The notes beneath the pieces are model-generated. The model saw only the letters and a list, made by a program, of their open reading frames with translations. It ran no database searches and was not told where the DNA came from. Positions 1-12,310 of a stretch of DNA of 64,000 nucleotides are shown here, one piece after another (within the stretch, counting starts at the first letter, position 1; every line of letters begins with the position of its first letter). The stretch comes from Octopus bimaculoides (Eukaryota). A program made the translations under genes and the position numbers. The stretch covers positions 24,328,023 to 24,392,022 of the forward strand of contig NC_068987.1 of NCBI RefSeq assembly GCF_001194135.2, given 5' to 3'.

Positions 1-367
1 CAGCTCTCATTTTATACTTACTCTACCGTGTTTTCTTATTCCAGGTTCCTTTTTGTTTAATAAATATACACCTAACATTTGTGTATTAAACAAATATGTT
101 GCTACAGTAAATAGTTTACAAGTCCGAGGGCGCCAATGACATGGTCTGTGAACGTTGCTCACATATCTAGGTGAATTAGCAACAATTATGAGTGGCACGG
201 ATTCAGAACGTGCTAATGTTAAGTCCTGCAAAAAATATATCAATAAAAACTTTATTCTGCTTTTATGAATACTATAAGATTTCTTTGAGACCCAAATCAG
301 ATAAAAGTTTAGGAAGCCTCAAGATTAATCGAAAAAAAAATGTGCAACCGGTGTAAAAAAAAAAAAA

Positions 368-999
368 NNNNNNNNNNNNNNNNNNNNNNNNNNNNNNNNN
401 NNNNNNNNNNNNNNNNNNNNNNNNNNNNNNNNNNNNNNNNNNNNNNNNNNNNNNNNNNNNNNNNNNNNNNNNNNNNNNNNNNNNNNNNNNNNNNNNNNNN
501 NNNNNNNNNNNNNNNNNNNNNNNNNNNNNNNNNNNNNNNNNNNNNNNNNNNNNNNNNNNNNNNNNNNNNNNNNNNNNNNNNNNNNNNNNNNNNNNNNNNN
601 NNNNNNNNNNNNNNNNNNNNNNNNNNNNNNNNNNNNNNNNNNNNNNNNNNNNNNNNNNNNNNNNNNNNNNNNNNNNNNNNNNNNNNNNNNNNNNNNNNNN
701 NNNNNNNNNNNNNNNNNNNNNNNNNNNNNNNNNNNNNNNNNNNNNNNNNNNNNNNNNNNNNNNNNNNNNNNNNNNNNNNNNNNNNNNNNNNNNNNNNNNN
801 NNNNNNNNNNNNNNNNNNNNNNNNNNNNNNNNNNNNNNNNNNNNNNNNNNNNNNNNNNNNNNNNNNNNNNNNNNNNNNNNNNNNNNNNNNNNNNNNNNNN
901 NNNNNNNNNNNNNNNNNNNNNNNNNNNNNNNNNNNNNNNNNNNNNNNNNNNNNNNNNNNNNNNNNNNNNNNNNNNNNNNNNNNNNNNNNNNNNNNNNNN
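368..999. other. Assembly gap (others 4776-4785, 6395-6404, 7192-7402, 21747-21756, 46835-46976, 48219-48318, 52277-52696, 55007-55050, 56423-57033)
   Basis: Runs of N; the 10-N gaps at 4776 and 6395 have identical sequence on both sides, i.e. overlapping contig ends. Confidence 1.
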
Positions 1000-2699
1000 C
1001 GCGGGACTTATAGCTTTTTTATTTGCAATATTTTCAAGCAAATAAATGTACCTCTGGGGTATTTTATATGATATTTAAAATGTAGCCAAAATTAGTGAGT
1101 TATATACAAAAATAACTTGACTGTCTTCAATGGCCGAAACGAATAAGGTAATTGTTAAAAGTGTTATTTATTGTTGTTTTCATTTCTCTTTCCTTTTAAT
1201 CTGAATATGCTGCAAATCGGATCTTTCTGATTTGGCGGACACCATTTGTTTTCTAACGAAACACTTTCAAACTTGGGACACTGGTAGAATGTGTCATATA
1301 AAACATCTTTTACTCTTAGTGTTGTTGAGAAAAGTTTATATTTTTAAAGTTACTTTGTCTTAAAATTGTATTTCAGTAATTTTAACCAATCACTGACGTC
1401 TATTGGGGTGAAAACAATTACTTCTGTGGATTGTTAACAACACGTTGTGGCGGTGTAATGGGACTCAAAACGGTTGATTGCCCATTTTCTCTTTGATTGA
1501 ACAAATTAGAATATATATTCCCAAAATATTATGTTTATTTAACACGTACGTCTTATCAGAGGTAAGTCGAAAGGCTTCGTTGAATGATGGGCTGCTAAGA
1601 TGTGCTTGTGGTTCCCTTTGTATCCTGTTTTAGCAACCATTTATGTACATTTTATTATTGTGTGCATCGAAGTTTGGTAATTTGGGACACACAATCACAT
1701 ATCTAATTTATTGAATCATTGAAAAATAGACTAAGGCAGATCATGGCTTGTCGCTACTAGCATACGGACTGGAACTTGTTCAACCCCATTTGGGTCATAC
1801 GGAAGACAGGTCAGGATTGTGTGTTGACAGAATCGAGACATCTTAAGATCACATGAACATCTGTCTTTGTTATAGTCATATATATGTCTAGCATAAGACT
1901 GATGTTTTCATCATCATCGTTTTAATGTCCGCTTTTCAATGCCCGCATGGATCAGATGACATTTGTTGATGCAGATTTTCTAAGGCTGGATGCTTTTCCT
2001 GTTAGCAACTCGTTTTCATGGAAAATTGGAAACAAAGGAAAACCCTTTTATGAGAGTGACACTCATTTACAACTGTTACGCAATGTCAACACATACATGC
2101 ACATCTATTTACTCAACAGGCTTCTTTCAGTTTCAATGTACCAAATCCACTCATAAGGCGTTTTTTTAGCTTAGGGCTTTGGTACAATGCACTTGCCACA
2201 CAAGTAAGACTGAACCTGGAACCATGTATGTGGGAAGCGAACCCTATGCCTAATCAAACTTTGGGCCGAATGAAGTAATCTAGTTAACATGTTATAAGAT
2301 GATCGGTTGGCAGAAACATTAGAGCATCTGACTAGATGCCTTGTGCTATTTGTTTCAGCTCTTTACTTCCTGAGGTCAACTTTGCCTTTTATGAGGACAG
2401 TGTAATTGACTGTTCTCCCTCCTACAAATATCTGGCCTTGTGTCTATGCTTGACACAATTGTTGTATAGGTATTTCTATATGCTTGCATCAGGTGAAAAA
2501 ATATTTTTAGGATGTTATAGTAATGTTTTGCAATGTTGGGTGTAGTGACCTGATCCTTATAATTCCATTCCTACCACATCTCTCTAACACAATGCCTATG
2601 TTTTAGTTCTTTCTTGCTACTATAACTTTCAATATCTGTTCTTAAATATGTTTTCTCCCATAATCTTTATAAGCTTTGTCACTTATCTTTTTATTTCAG

Positions 2700-2736
2700 G
2701 TTATCTGATGACATTGAGATGAAAATATTTCACTGA
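2700..2736 (+). other. Predicted exon-2 start of Z1 with micro-ORFs (xLSDDIEMKIFH*; nested MTLR* 2708-2722)
   Basis: Pyrimidine tract and tttcag|g acceptor; sequence conserved in six paralogs. Confidence 0.6.
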
Positions 2737-3085
2737 CGAGGATCAAGATGTCAAACTTTTAGAGCTTGAAAATAATTTCGACAAATTATTTTTGCATCTC
2801 CTGGTTGATGTGATGTGAACTGTATTAAACTGATATTCCCTTGAAATTTTCACCATTACTAGAAGGTTTTTCTGTACAAATTCAACTTAGATTTACAATG
2901 AAGCTTTAACAGTTATAAGTATGTATTATGTAACTATTTTATTAATCAGTGTTTAATCATCTTTTAGTTGCTACTTATTTAGAAGAGTCTTTCCTTAGAA
3001 ATACATTTGAATTGCATCCCTATCAGCCAAGATATAGTTTTATAAAAACCAGCAAACAGGAAAATATATATTAAGGGAGAAAGCT

Positions 3086-3748
3086 ATGGATTGGAAAGCA
3101 AAAAGTAATGATGTATCTACTGATACACAAGAAAATATAGAAGAGAATTTACACTCCTGTGATGTATGTGGGAAGTTATTCACCAAAAAATATATACATC
3201 AGCATAAATTGACTCATTCACCCCCCATATCATACCAGTGTGACGTGTGTAATGAAAAATTCACTAGCGACATTTTGTTAACTGAACACAAAGAAACCCA
3301 TGCAGGAAAAAAATTTTTTCAATGTTATATTTGCGATGACACATTTTCCACAATAGATGATTTATCTTCTCACACATGTATGAAAACAGGGGCAAGGCCA
3401 TACGACTGTGATATCTGTGGCAAAACATTTTCTAGAAGTGGTCATTTACAAGCCCACAAACGAATCCATATCCATGGAAGACCATACAAATGCGATGTAT
3501 GTGGTGCAAAATTTTCTAGAGGTGGTAATTTAACTGCACACAAAAATCGTCATAGAGGATCAATAACATATGACTGTGAAGAATGTGGAAGACAATTCAA
3601 TCAAATCTGTCATTTATCTCGACACAAACGGGTTCACTCTGGGGAAAGACCATTCCAGTGTGATATCTGTAAAGAAAGATTTTCCAGAAGTGATGGTTTA
3701 GCTCAACACAAACGCACCCACAGAAAAAAAGAAAAAATAACCATGTGA
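3086..3748 (+). CDS. C2H2 zinc-finger protein Z1 (220 aa, 7 finger units, finger 3 atypical H-T-C)
   Basis: ORF with repeated CxxC-x12-HxxxH units (e.g. YDCDICGKTFSRSGHLQAHKRIH); short acidic N-terminus, no KRAB/SCAN/BTB; AATAAA near 3788. Confidence 0.93.
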   Translation: MDWKAKSNDVSTDTQENIEENLHSCDVCGKLFTKKYIHQHKLTHSPPISYQCDVCNEKFTSDILLTEHKETHAGKKFFQCYICDDTFSTIDDLSSHTCMKTGARPYDCDICGKTFSRSGHLQAHKRIHIHGRPYKCDVCGAKFSRGGNLTAHKNRHRGSITYDCEECGRQFNQICHLSRHKRVHSGERPFQCDICKERFSRSDGLAQHKRTHRKKEKITM

Positions 3749-4089
3749 TATCTATGGCAGAATATTTTCATGTAACAGTGTATTTTTAATAAACCAATTT
3801 CCTCATGTATATTAGTGTTGTATATTTTATTACATTATTATTATTATCAGGGGATAGTCTGAGGCTCCTTTGCGTCTTTTATATGCACTGAATCATTTAA
3901 TAGATGGTACAAGAGTATTAAAGCTTTAGCATTTAAACTGGTTATATCCAGCCAGCGCAGAATGTTCAAACTGGCCAGATCTGTTCTCTCATACCTACCT
4001 GACAGTGTCATTCGAATCATAAACAATGACAGCATTGAAATCAAAGCTACAAAATAAAGCATGATTAATTCAAAACAATGTGAATGAAT

Positions 4090-4912
4090 AAGTGTTAAAT
4101 TTGACAGAGTAATCTGACTGCTAAAGGATTAAACATTCTGACTCTAATCAGCTTTTTGATTTTTGATTCATGACAGTTAGGCCTCACCGAGGCAATGACT
4201 AGTCACTGAGACCTTTGGAAATATGCTGTGCGTGAGAAGACCTGGCAAGCCAAGTGAGACCATAATCCAGCCCACTTATTTGTACCTTTACTTCATTGGA
4301 CACTAAACTCTGTTTGCGAAGACCTGTTGAAGCAAGTGAAATCGAAATTGAACCAAATTTGATGACTCCCATGCCAACCTTTCCTTCATTAGAAACTAAA
4401 CTCTGCTTGCGAAGACCTGTTGGGGCAAGTGAAATCAAATTCGATGACTAGCACCTGTGCCAGTGGAGCACTAACAGCACCATCCGAGTGTGATCATTGC
4501 CAGAGCAGCTGTCTGGCTTCCATGCTGGTGGAACGTAAATAGCACCATTTGAGCGTGATCGTTACCAGCGTTGCCTTACTGGCACGTGAAAAAACATTCG
4601 AGCGAGGTCATTGCCAGTGGCCTGTATAAAATACCATTTGAGCATGGCCGTTGCCAGTACCACCTTACTGGCCCTCGTGTCAGTGGCATGTAAAAACACC
4701 CATTACACTCTCGGAGTGGTTGGCGTTAGGAAGGGCATCCAGCTGTAGAAGCTCTGCTAGATCAGATTGGAGCCTNNNNNNNNNNTCCAGCTGTAGAAGC
4801 TCTGCTAGATCAGATTGGAGCCTGGTGCAGCTATCTGGTTCACCAGTCCTCAGTCAAATCGTCCAACCCATGCTAGGATGGAAAGCGGACGTTAAACGAT
4901 GATGATGATGAT
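4090..4912 (+). mobile_element. SINE-like family B with internal tandem repeats and (GAT)n tail
   Basis: Ends gcggacgttaaacgatgatgatg; minus-strand copies at 1910-2010, 15470-15630, 29340-29590, 30645-30815, 34540-35130, 38575-38720. Confidence 0.75.
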
Positions 4913-6288
4913 GAACAGTTCTTTCAAATTCAAAATGGTTTCTACAACTCATTGGGCTACTGTCTTCTGTGGTCAGAGACCAATTAAAGCCTTGTAAGTA
5001 GACAAAAACCAAATGAAGCCTGTTGCGTGTGTTTGTGTCTATTTGTCTTAGCATTATGCAATACAAGTAGTGACATTTCCAATCTTCCTTGAACATATCC
5101 AGTCGTGGGGAAATATTACCTTGCTTGGAAACAGGATAGACATTATCTAAGACTGGACAGAGTTGCACTGTAATATCTATAAGAATGATTTGAGACGAGT
5201 GAGAATGATTATACCTGATAGCCAACACCCACTGAACAGATGATATATGTATACCAATGAAGTTAAGTAACATTGATGAAATTAACTATGATACACTATC
5301 CTCTGTGGTAAGATTAGTAGGAAGGATTGGTCATCCAGCATGATCTGTTTACATTCTTATGGAGAGGGTGTAATGACAGCAAGTCACATCTAAGTTAGTG
5401 TGACTGGCATGTTCTTGTAAAGATGATGTATGGCAAAGTGTGAGTATGGCAGCATGTCATCCAGCCTAATGCTACTGTTAGCATATTCTTGTAGGAATGG
5501 TGTGTATGACTTAATGTGACAGCAAGTCACATACTTCCTGCCATCTGTTGCAGTACTCTTTAATCTTTTTTTGTGGGACGAACATTGGAATTTGTGAATG
5601 GCTATATTTGAGGAACTTTTGTGTTCCTGGCCATTTTTAAAGTAACTGGGAATGGCGGAGGTGATTTGTCATATGATAATGTTTGAAATTAATCTGATAA
5701 AGGATATAGGAGATTGTTATTAGTGACTGCTCATATCTCAGGTTTTGGTTATAATATTAGGTGTTTAGGTTCCCGTAAGCTAGTGGTTCAGCAAAAGACT
5801 CCGATAGATTAAGTACCAGGCTTAAAAATGTTATGGAGTTGATTCATTCGACTAACAATTCAAGGCATGGCCACAGGCTAATAATTGAAGCAAAAGACAC
5901 AAGAAAAGTTATAGATGTATGCATCTAAATAGAATACTTATACCACTCAGAATGTCCACAGTTACTGCTACCAGCTATTAAATCATTGAATAATATTATA
6001 TTATCTTCTGCTCTAAGTACAAGGCCCGAAATTTTGGGGCAGGGACCAGTCGATTGGATTGACCCCAGTACGCAATTTGTACTTAATTTATCGACCCCGA
6101 AATGATGAAAGGCAAAGTCGGCCTTGGCGGAATTTTAAAGACACGAAATACCGTTAAGCAATTCGCCCGGCGTAACTAAATGAAACCTTATTCTATGCAC
6201 AGGCAGTAAGTTGGTAGGATTGTTAGAGCGTTGGAAAACTGCTTTGCAATTTTCGTTCCTCCGGTTCGTTAAAATTTAAATACTAATA

Positions 6289-6615
6289 GGCGCAGGCGTG
6301 GCTGTGTGCTAAGAGGCTTGCTTCCCAACCACATAGTTCCAGGTTTAGTCCCATTGTGTGACACCTTGAACAAGTGGATTTTGTGGCGGAAACTNNNNNN
6401 NNNNGTGGCGGAAACTGAAAGAAGCCCGTCAGATATATATATGTGTGTGTGTGTGTCCGTGTCCGCCAACAACGCTTGACAACCGATGGTGGTATTTACG
6501 TCCTTGTAACTTAACAAAAGAGACCGATAGAATGAGTACTGGGATCGATACATTGGACTAAAAATTCTTCAAGGAGGTGTCCCAGCAGGCTACTGACTGA
6601 AACAAGTAAAAGATT
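6289..6615 (+). mobile_element. SINE family A copy (spans a 10-N gap)
   Basis: Similar to 17165-17573. Confidence 0.75.
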
Positions 6616-8519
6616 CAAGTATTGTCGGGTATTGTAGTTGTCGCTAGATAGTTGGGTGGAAAGATATAGATCTTTAATATTTGAGTTCTGGCTGCGTGTG
6701 GTAAAGTAACAAAATTTCTTGTACAAAAGAAGGAAGCAATAAATCTACGAATTGCTACATTAAAATATATTTAATTTTCTTTGAATTACAAAGCTTAATT
6801 ACTTTATTACAAAGTATGAAAATCGGTTGTATGAAATTGGATAGTCTTTACAGAAAAAGCAGAAATATAATAACAGAGAAGAAAAGAATACGACACAGCA
6901 ACGATGTGACTGTCTCTAAACGGAGAATGGTTAAGAGCAAATCTCTGGGTTTGCGAGAACGTTCTAGCTTTCTAGAATATTTCAGTAGCTCAAAATCTAG
7001 ACGCTTCCAAACGCGCACGCGGTAATTGGTTACCATGAAGGGAGCTCACTCACTGAAGGTCCCTGCAAAGGGAGTTAATTCAACGATGTACTTCAACGTC
7101 GATGAACCCTCTCCTTCAAAAGTGTTACACTTGCGCCAAAATTTGGAACCTAAAAGATGTGTATTAAACGAATATAGAAACTGAAATTTATNNNNNNNNN
7201 NNNNNNNNNNNNNNNNNNNNNNNNNNNNNNNNNNNNNNNNNNNNNNNNNNNNNNNNNNNNNNNNNNNNNNNNNNNNNNNNNNNNNNNNNNNNNNNNNNNN
7301 NNNNNNNNNNNNNNNNNNNNNNNNNNNNNNNNNNNNNNNNNNNNNNNNNNNNNNNNNNNNNNNNNNNNNNNNNNNNNNNNNNNNNNNNNNNNNNNNNNNN
7401 NNGGTTTTAAAAAAGATCCAAACGGTGGACAAGTGCGAAAAACAACAGCTAAATTTTCCTTTTTCCATGGTGAAACCATATTTAACACCGTATTTATGAA
7501 TTTGTTTCTCTCACCACGATATATGGGATCTTTTTTAAATCCTTTTTCAAACGAAAAATTAATGTTTAATACATAATGACAAACGTTTAATACACATTTT
7601 TACACCTATTAAACTTGTTTTTATTTATTTATCATTATAATTTTTTTTTTTCTGGCCGGGTGTTAAAGTAAACATTAACAGAAGTCTCAACTAAAAATAC
7701 CACCACAAATAATTTGGCAAAGTATTCTCCAATGCGAGCGAGTGTGTATTGCACATACCATAAACACGAGTGTAAATAAAATCTTAACACTTGGTATTTT
7801 TTGTTACAGACAACAGAAATTACGATTCTGGAAAAGATTTTTGCAAATTTCCAGATTAACACCCACAGGATCTTCACTAGGGCGTTAGGGTTTTTAGGGT
7901 TAGGGATGCAATTCCCTAACCCTGACCCTATTTATCTGTAAACTCTCTTCGTTGTTAATTATTTTTTTCTTAACTCTGAAACTGTATAAAGAAACCGTTT
8001 CTGTTCAAAGCGAGACTAATTCGTCACCCGGTGTAACATCCTCATCCTATTATTTTACTCGTAATTGTTCATTTTAGTTACCTTACAAAAGTAAATAAAA
8101 ATGAAAGGGGAGATAAGTCAACTTTTTACGCCCAATTTGCTTTGTTTACAGTTGACAAGGCGTGCTGTCACGCACAAAATGACAGCTTCCAAATCCTGTT
8201 TCCTGATTGGGTGAAAATTATTAATCTTTAAGCCTCTGTAACTTTTTTAAAACATTTTTCTACCAAAAGTGAAAGAACTGCAGCAATTTACCTTGGAAAT
8301 GTACACTTTTGTGTCAAATTTTAAAATTTTCGATAAACTTTAATTTTTGAAATGCTTGTAGCCAAACCAACTCGAACCATTACAGAACCGTTAGATGTTA
8401 GTGCCGAACATACAGCGAAGTATTGGTCTTTCGTCCAATGCATTACTCTTTTATCAACGAGTCTTATTGGCCTTCTGTGTTTCGTACAGTTTACCTCTCC
8501 TTTCCTAAATAAATCGTAA

Positions 8520-8820
8520 AATGCTCTCCAATGATTAGAGGCGAGATTTTTCAATACGAACAATGCCACTTCCGGTATATCGCCCTCTTTGAATCTATAA
8601 ACATTTTAGATATATTATTCCATTGTTGTAAATATTTACACTGTTAGTAATATCTCATTCACTCCTGTGGCTAATTGAATTGAGGAATTGTACATTAACC
8701 AGAAGACGACAATAGAGATATCCTGTAAGAAGTTGAAAGTTCTCATCAATCTGTCCTCTTTAATATTCAAGCCTCACTACTTCAGTGCACCTCTCATTAT
8801 TTCATTGTTATGCAAGTATT
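8520..8820 (+). promoter_or_regulatory. Predicted promoter/exon-1 cassette of Z2
   Basis: CCAAT 8528-8532, ETS-type CACTTCCGG 8567-8575, donor-like AT|GCAAGTAT at 8811/8812; homologous to four other copies. Confidence 0.6.
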
Positions 8821-10196
8821 ATTTATATGGATTTCGCACATTTCTTGTATACAGAATTTCTCTTTTATATTCATTTCTAATACTACACCATTTCTACTCC
8901 CTGCAAAATCATATTTTTCTATTCTCTGTTCGTATTTACTCTTCTTCGACCTCCCTTCATTTAAAATTTGGAATCAAACTTGTTTTCAGGATATATCGTA
9001 ATTTTTTTCACTCTACTCCTTTATCATTTCTATACATATTATTTTCTCTTGCTTCTTATTCTTAGTGTTGCCCTCTAGAAAATATAGTCTTGCGTCATGC
9101 AGAGTTTATTATGGAATAAACAGCAACTTTAAATAAACTTAGTCACGTGCAAGTACACCAAATATATCTCACAATATGAACATGCCTTGCAATATACAGT
9201 ATTTATAGATAATGGTTTCGCACTTTGTTATAAAGCTAATATCTTCATAGGATACCTTTACTATATGTTTGATACTGTTGATGCATTTGCTGTTCTGCGT
9301 CTCTATTGCAAGTGCTTCTTATACAAGGCGAGTCACTACCGCTGACTGGGTACCGTTACTACTTTTACACCTTCTCCCCTCATCAAATAGCTCAAGTTAA
9401 GATATGATTTGGTCTGCATTAGCCAAAGCTTCAATCTCATTTCTAGCAGTGTTTGCAGCTGGCATCACAAAATTTGTCCTGTGTGGTATTGAATCGTTAT
9501 TCTTTTTATGATACTTCTACAAATATGTGGAATAGGACATAGTCCTTGTGATTAGTATCTGCTTTATAAGCAGCACAGTGCGTACATTTCCATTTGGTTT
9601 TAGTACAACTAGAGTAGGGGATACCCAGTAGCTACCACAACATGGATCATATTCAATAATTTTTCCTAATTTAAAAACCAAGGTTTGAGCCGAATGAAGT
9701 CCTCTACTTTGTATTTGTTATAGTGTATATGTGTTTCTTTGGTTTCAAGTTCAGTCTCACAATGTCTTCTATAATCTCAGGCTGACCAAAGCCTTGTGAG
9801 TGCATTTTGTTTAGAGAAACTAAAGGAAGCTCTTCGAGTATGTGTTAGTGCCACCGTCATACTAGTGGTTCCTTTGTTTCCAATCCTCCATAAAAACATG
9901 TCAGGCCACGAGGAAATATTGACTTGTTTGGAAACGGGTGAGGGTTTTTTTACAGAAAGGGCATTTAGCTATACACAATTTGCCTGAACAAATTTCATCT
10001 GACTTGTGCATGCATGGAAAAGTAGATGATGATATTTTAATGATGTTCTACGGACTGTGAGTTAGCGGCAAGTAGTGTCTTATTTTGAATGTGCATGCCT
10101 ATCATCCTCAACATCTTTCTCTCTAAATATATTTCGTTTTTTGTCTGTTCTAACACTTCATTGTCCTTTACGTCATATATTATTTTTCTGTTTCAG

Positions 10197-10236
10197 GTTA
10201 TTATCAAATGACATTAAATTGAAGATATTTCATTGA
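10197..10236 (+). other. Predicted exon-2 start of Z2 with micro-ORFs (MLLSNDIKLKIFH*; nested MTLN* 10208-10222)
   Basis: tttcag|g acceptor; 3-nt insertion keeps the frame. Confidence 0.6.
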
Positions 10237-10624
10237 ACAGCATTAACATATTTATAAACTTTTTGAAGATTAAAAATAACTTCAAGCTGACATCAGCCTG
10301 TTTCTACAATTCTTTGGATGAATGGATGTGAAATATTTCCCTGCAATTAAGATTATTTTCAAAAATTCCCAAAGAGATTCTTAAACTGGAAAATGTGTAC
10401 AAATTAAACTAGGGGGATTTACCACAAAGTTTTAATTGTCCTATGTGTAATGACTTTAACAACTGGGTATCTCATTAAATTTATATAGATTAACAATCCT
10501 GTAGTTATTACTATATTATATCAGAAGATATAATATAGTTATATCTTCAAGTTATTTCATAACAGCCAAGATATCGTCTTTAATAAAGACTGTCAACGTG
10601 CAAAATATAGATTATAACAAAGTT

Positions 10625-11626
10625 ATGGATGACAAAATACAAGCTGAAGTTATTGATTCATCTACTCAGATACAGGAAAATACAGAAGAGAAATCTCACC
10701 CTAGTGATGTATGTGGGAAGATATTGTCACCAAAAAAGATTTTAATTCAACATAAATTAACTCACTCGTCCTCCAAGCCATACCAGTGTGGAATTTGTGG
10801 TAAACAATTCACCAGCAACAATTTGTTAACTCACCACAAACGTATCCACACAAGAGAAAAACTATTTCAGTGTTATATCTGTGATGCAACATTTTCTACA
10901 AAGGGTCTTTTGTCTTTTCATTCATGTATACAAGAAGGAGAAAGACCACACCGTTGTGACGTCTGTGGCAAAATATATTCTAGAAGTGGACAATTGTCTT
11001 CCCATAAATATATCCACACAGGAGAAAGACGACACCATTGTGAAATCTGTGGTGAAACATTTTCTAGAAGTGCTAATTTGTCTAACCATAAACTAATTCA
11101 TACAGGAGAAAGACCATACCAGTGTCATATTTGTGGGAAGAAGTTTGCTAGAAATGCTGATTTGTCTTGCCATAAACATATTCACACAGGAGAAAGACCA
11201 TACCACTGTGATATCTGTGGTACAACATTTGCTCAGAGTAGTAGTTTATCTAAACACAAACGTATTCACACTGGAGAGAGACCATACCATTGTGATATCT
11301 GTGATAAAAAATTTAACACAAGTGGTCACTTGTCTACCCACAAACGTACTCACACAGGAGAAAAACCATTCCACTGTGATATTTGTGGTAAAACATTTAC
11401 TCGAAGTAGTTCTTTATCTCAACACAAACCTATTCACACAGGAGAGAGACCATACCATTGTGACATTTGTGGTAAAACATTTTCTACAACTCGGAATTTA
11501 ACTCGACACAAACGGATTCACATTGGAAAGAAACCATACCACTGTGATATCTGTGATGAAGCATTTTCTACAATGGTTCGTTTGTCTTCCCACATACGAA
11601 TTCACACAGGAGAACGAACATCATAG
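10625..11626 (+). CDS. C2H2 zinc-finger protein Z2 (11 units: 1 degenerate, 1 atypical, 9 canonical)
   Basis: TGERP/TGEKP-linked fingers; first ATG at 10625 (MDDKIQ) aligns with the Z4 start MDEKAQ; the ORF-track start 10598 is a GTG. Confidence 0.93.
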   Translation: MDDKIQAEVIDSSTQIQENTEEKSHPSDVCGKILSPKKILIQHKLTHSSSKPYQCGICGKQFTSNNLLTHHKRIHTREKLFQCYICDATFSTKGLLSFHSCIQEGERPHRCDVCGKIYSRSGQLSSHKYIHTGERRHHCEICGETFSRSANLSNHKLIHTGERPYQCHICGKKFARNADLSCHKHIHTGERPYHCDICGTTFAQSSSLSKHKRIHTGERPYHCDICDKKFNTSGHLSTHKRTHTGEKPFHCDICGKTFTRSSSLSQHKPIHTGERPYHCDICGKTFSTTRNLTRHKRIHIGKKPYHCDICDEAFSTMVRLSSHIRIHTGERTS

Positions 11627-12099
11627 CACTGATATTTGTCATAAAATATTCTCTCAAAAATATTTATTCTTCTTGGTATAAATTCACACTGGATAAAGGT
11701 TATACCACTATAGTATCACGTGAAATATTTTCTTGAAGTGATTATTCAATTTAATGCAAACATATCGATATGGGAGATAAACTACAGCTCTTTGCTATCA
11801 ATAGTAAAAATATTTTCTACAAGTAACATATTTTATAATCATCATCATCGTTGTCCACCTTTCATACTGGCATGGGTGGGAATAATAAATGAATTTTACG
11901 TACATCATGTAATGGATTTTAATACAGCAAAGTTACCACCATCATCATCATTACTATTTTTCAAAGTTATTTGTCAAAATATTTTTTGCAAATATTTTGA
12001 CATATGGATTGAGCATAAAATATCCCATTATATTAAAAATAATAAAGACCAATATATTTTTAGTATTTACAATCCTGGAGTGTGAATAGTTTAAATGCA

Positions 12100-12310
12100 T
12101 AAGAAGAGATGACTTACAGTGTTAAAAGAATAATAAACAAGCATGTGACAGACCAAGAAATATATGGATAGACAACATCAAGGAGTGGATAAGTTACACT
12201 ATAATGTCAGTGTAAGATTGGTGTGAAATGGAATGGTTATCTGCATTTGTTCTGCCATAAGTGTCTGACATCCAACGAACTGATGAAGTTTAAGGATAAC
12301 AAACATGATA
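12100..12310 (+). mobile_element. Ancient LINE 3'-end fossil, copied at about 33990-34140 and 50000-50140
   Basis: RPRNIWIDNIKEW motif typical of RTE-type 3' ends. Confidence 0.55.

Noticed and set aside
325-1071. ORFs made mostly of X (also 7046-7488, 46739-47019, 52207-52790, 56198-57089)
   Set aside because: Artefacts of translating N runs.
4738-4825. Apparent direct repeats flanking 10-N gaps (also 6383-6416)
   Set aside because: Overlapping contig ends, an assembly artefact.
6955-6985. Heat-shock-element-like GAAnnTTC array with nearby GCGCACGC
   Set aside because: The pentamer phase is broken and no linked gene is identifiable.
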